Assembly (NCBI GenBank): GCA_965218975.1
Contig: OZ244717.1
Span: forward strand, 1,376,001 to 1,440,000
DNA length: 64,000 bases
Source of the DNA: Candidatus Oxydemutatoraceae bacterium
GTDB lineage: Bacteria > Pseudomonadota > Gammaproteobacteria > Poriferisulfidales > Oxydemutatoraceae
Direction of reading: 5' to 3'
In this document: positions 63,720 to 64,000 of the stretch, piece after piece
Position numbering within the stretch: the first letter of the stretch is position 1
Layout of the letters: every line of letters starts with the position of its first letter
Notes under the pieces: model-generated
Seen by the model: the letters and a program-made list of their open reading frames with translations, nothing else
Told to the model about the DNA's origin: nothing
The model's database searches: none
Position numbers and translations under genes: made by a program

Positions 63720-64000
63720 ATGAATCATAAACAATTTATTCTTGCTTATGTTCGGCTGACAATTGTTGCGTCTGCTATTGCGGTTTCATTCATCATGTCC
63801 GGTGCAGTTTTTTCTCAGACTCCCCCGGTTGGTTTCGTTAATATTCCAAAGATTATGGAAGATTCTCCGCAAGCAAAAGCGGCGCAAAAACGTTTACAGA
63901 ATGAATTTTCAGATACACGCGATGAGTTGAACGCTTGTCGCGAGGGAGTAGGGCGATTAGACAATAAATTGCGCAGTGAAGGCAAGGATATGGACACAGA
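63720..64000 (+). CDS. skp: Periplasmic chaperone Skp/OmpH (partial, runs off window)
   Basis: Manual translation: signal peptide then VGFVNIPKIMEDSPQAKAAQKRLQNEF; follows bamA. Confidence 0.85.
   Translation, partial: MNHKQFILAYVRLTIVASAIAVSFIMSGAVFSQTPPVGFVNIPKIMEDSPQAKAAQKRLQNEFSDTRDELNACREGVGRLDNKLRSEGKDMDT

Overview
A gammaproteobacterial chromosome segment, mostly housekeeping genes: rne-cysS, rluC-sppA-maf, mreBCD, gatCAB, hemA-prfA-prmC, lolB-ispE-tRNA-Gln-prs, tRNA-Val-thrS-infC-rpmI-rplT-pheST-ihfA, tRNA-Pro, lepB-rnc-era-recO-pdxJ-acpS-cysM, dapE-dapD-map and rpsB-tsf-pyrH-frr-uppS-cdsA-dxr-rseP-bamA-skp. Divergent proteins, missing neighbour genes and IS debris suggest a host-associated lineage (inference). 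The first ~10 kb is accessory. (i) A >2050-aa secreted adhesin on the minus strand (6154 to beyond position 1) is missing from the ORF track. It has FN3 domains carrying inserted 5-repeat beta-propellers plus Calx-beta-like and cadherin repeats, with conserved frameworks and hypervariable loops. (ii) An IS481 remnant supplies the -35 box of a candidate hybrid promoter for this adhesin. (iii) An orphan type III secretion gene, sctD. The most unusual signal is a 98-bp non-coding unit that can fold as a cloverleaf. It occurs 9 times in 4 arrays, found only inside IS481 transposase remnants and always co-oriented with them. Its 3' end is fixed, its 5' leader is ragged, and three of the four insertions replace about 10 codons of the transposase. 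All alignments and folds were done by eye; no database searches were run.
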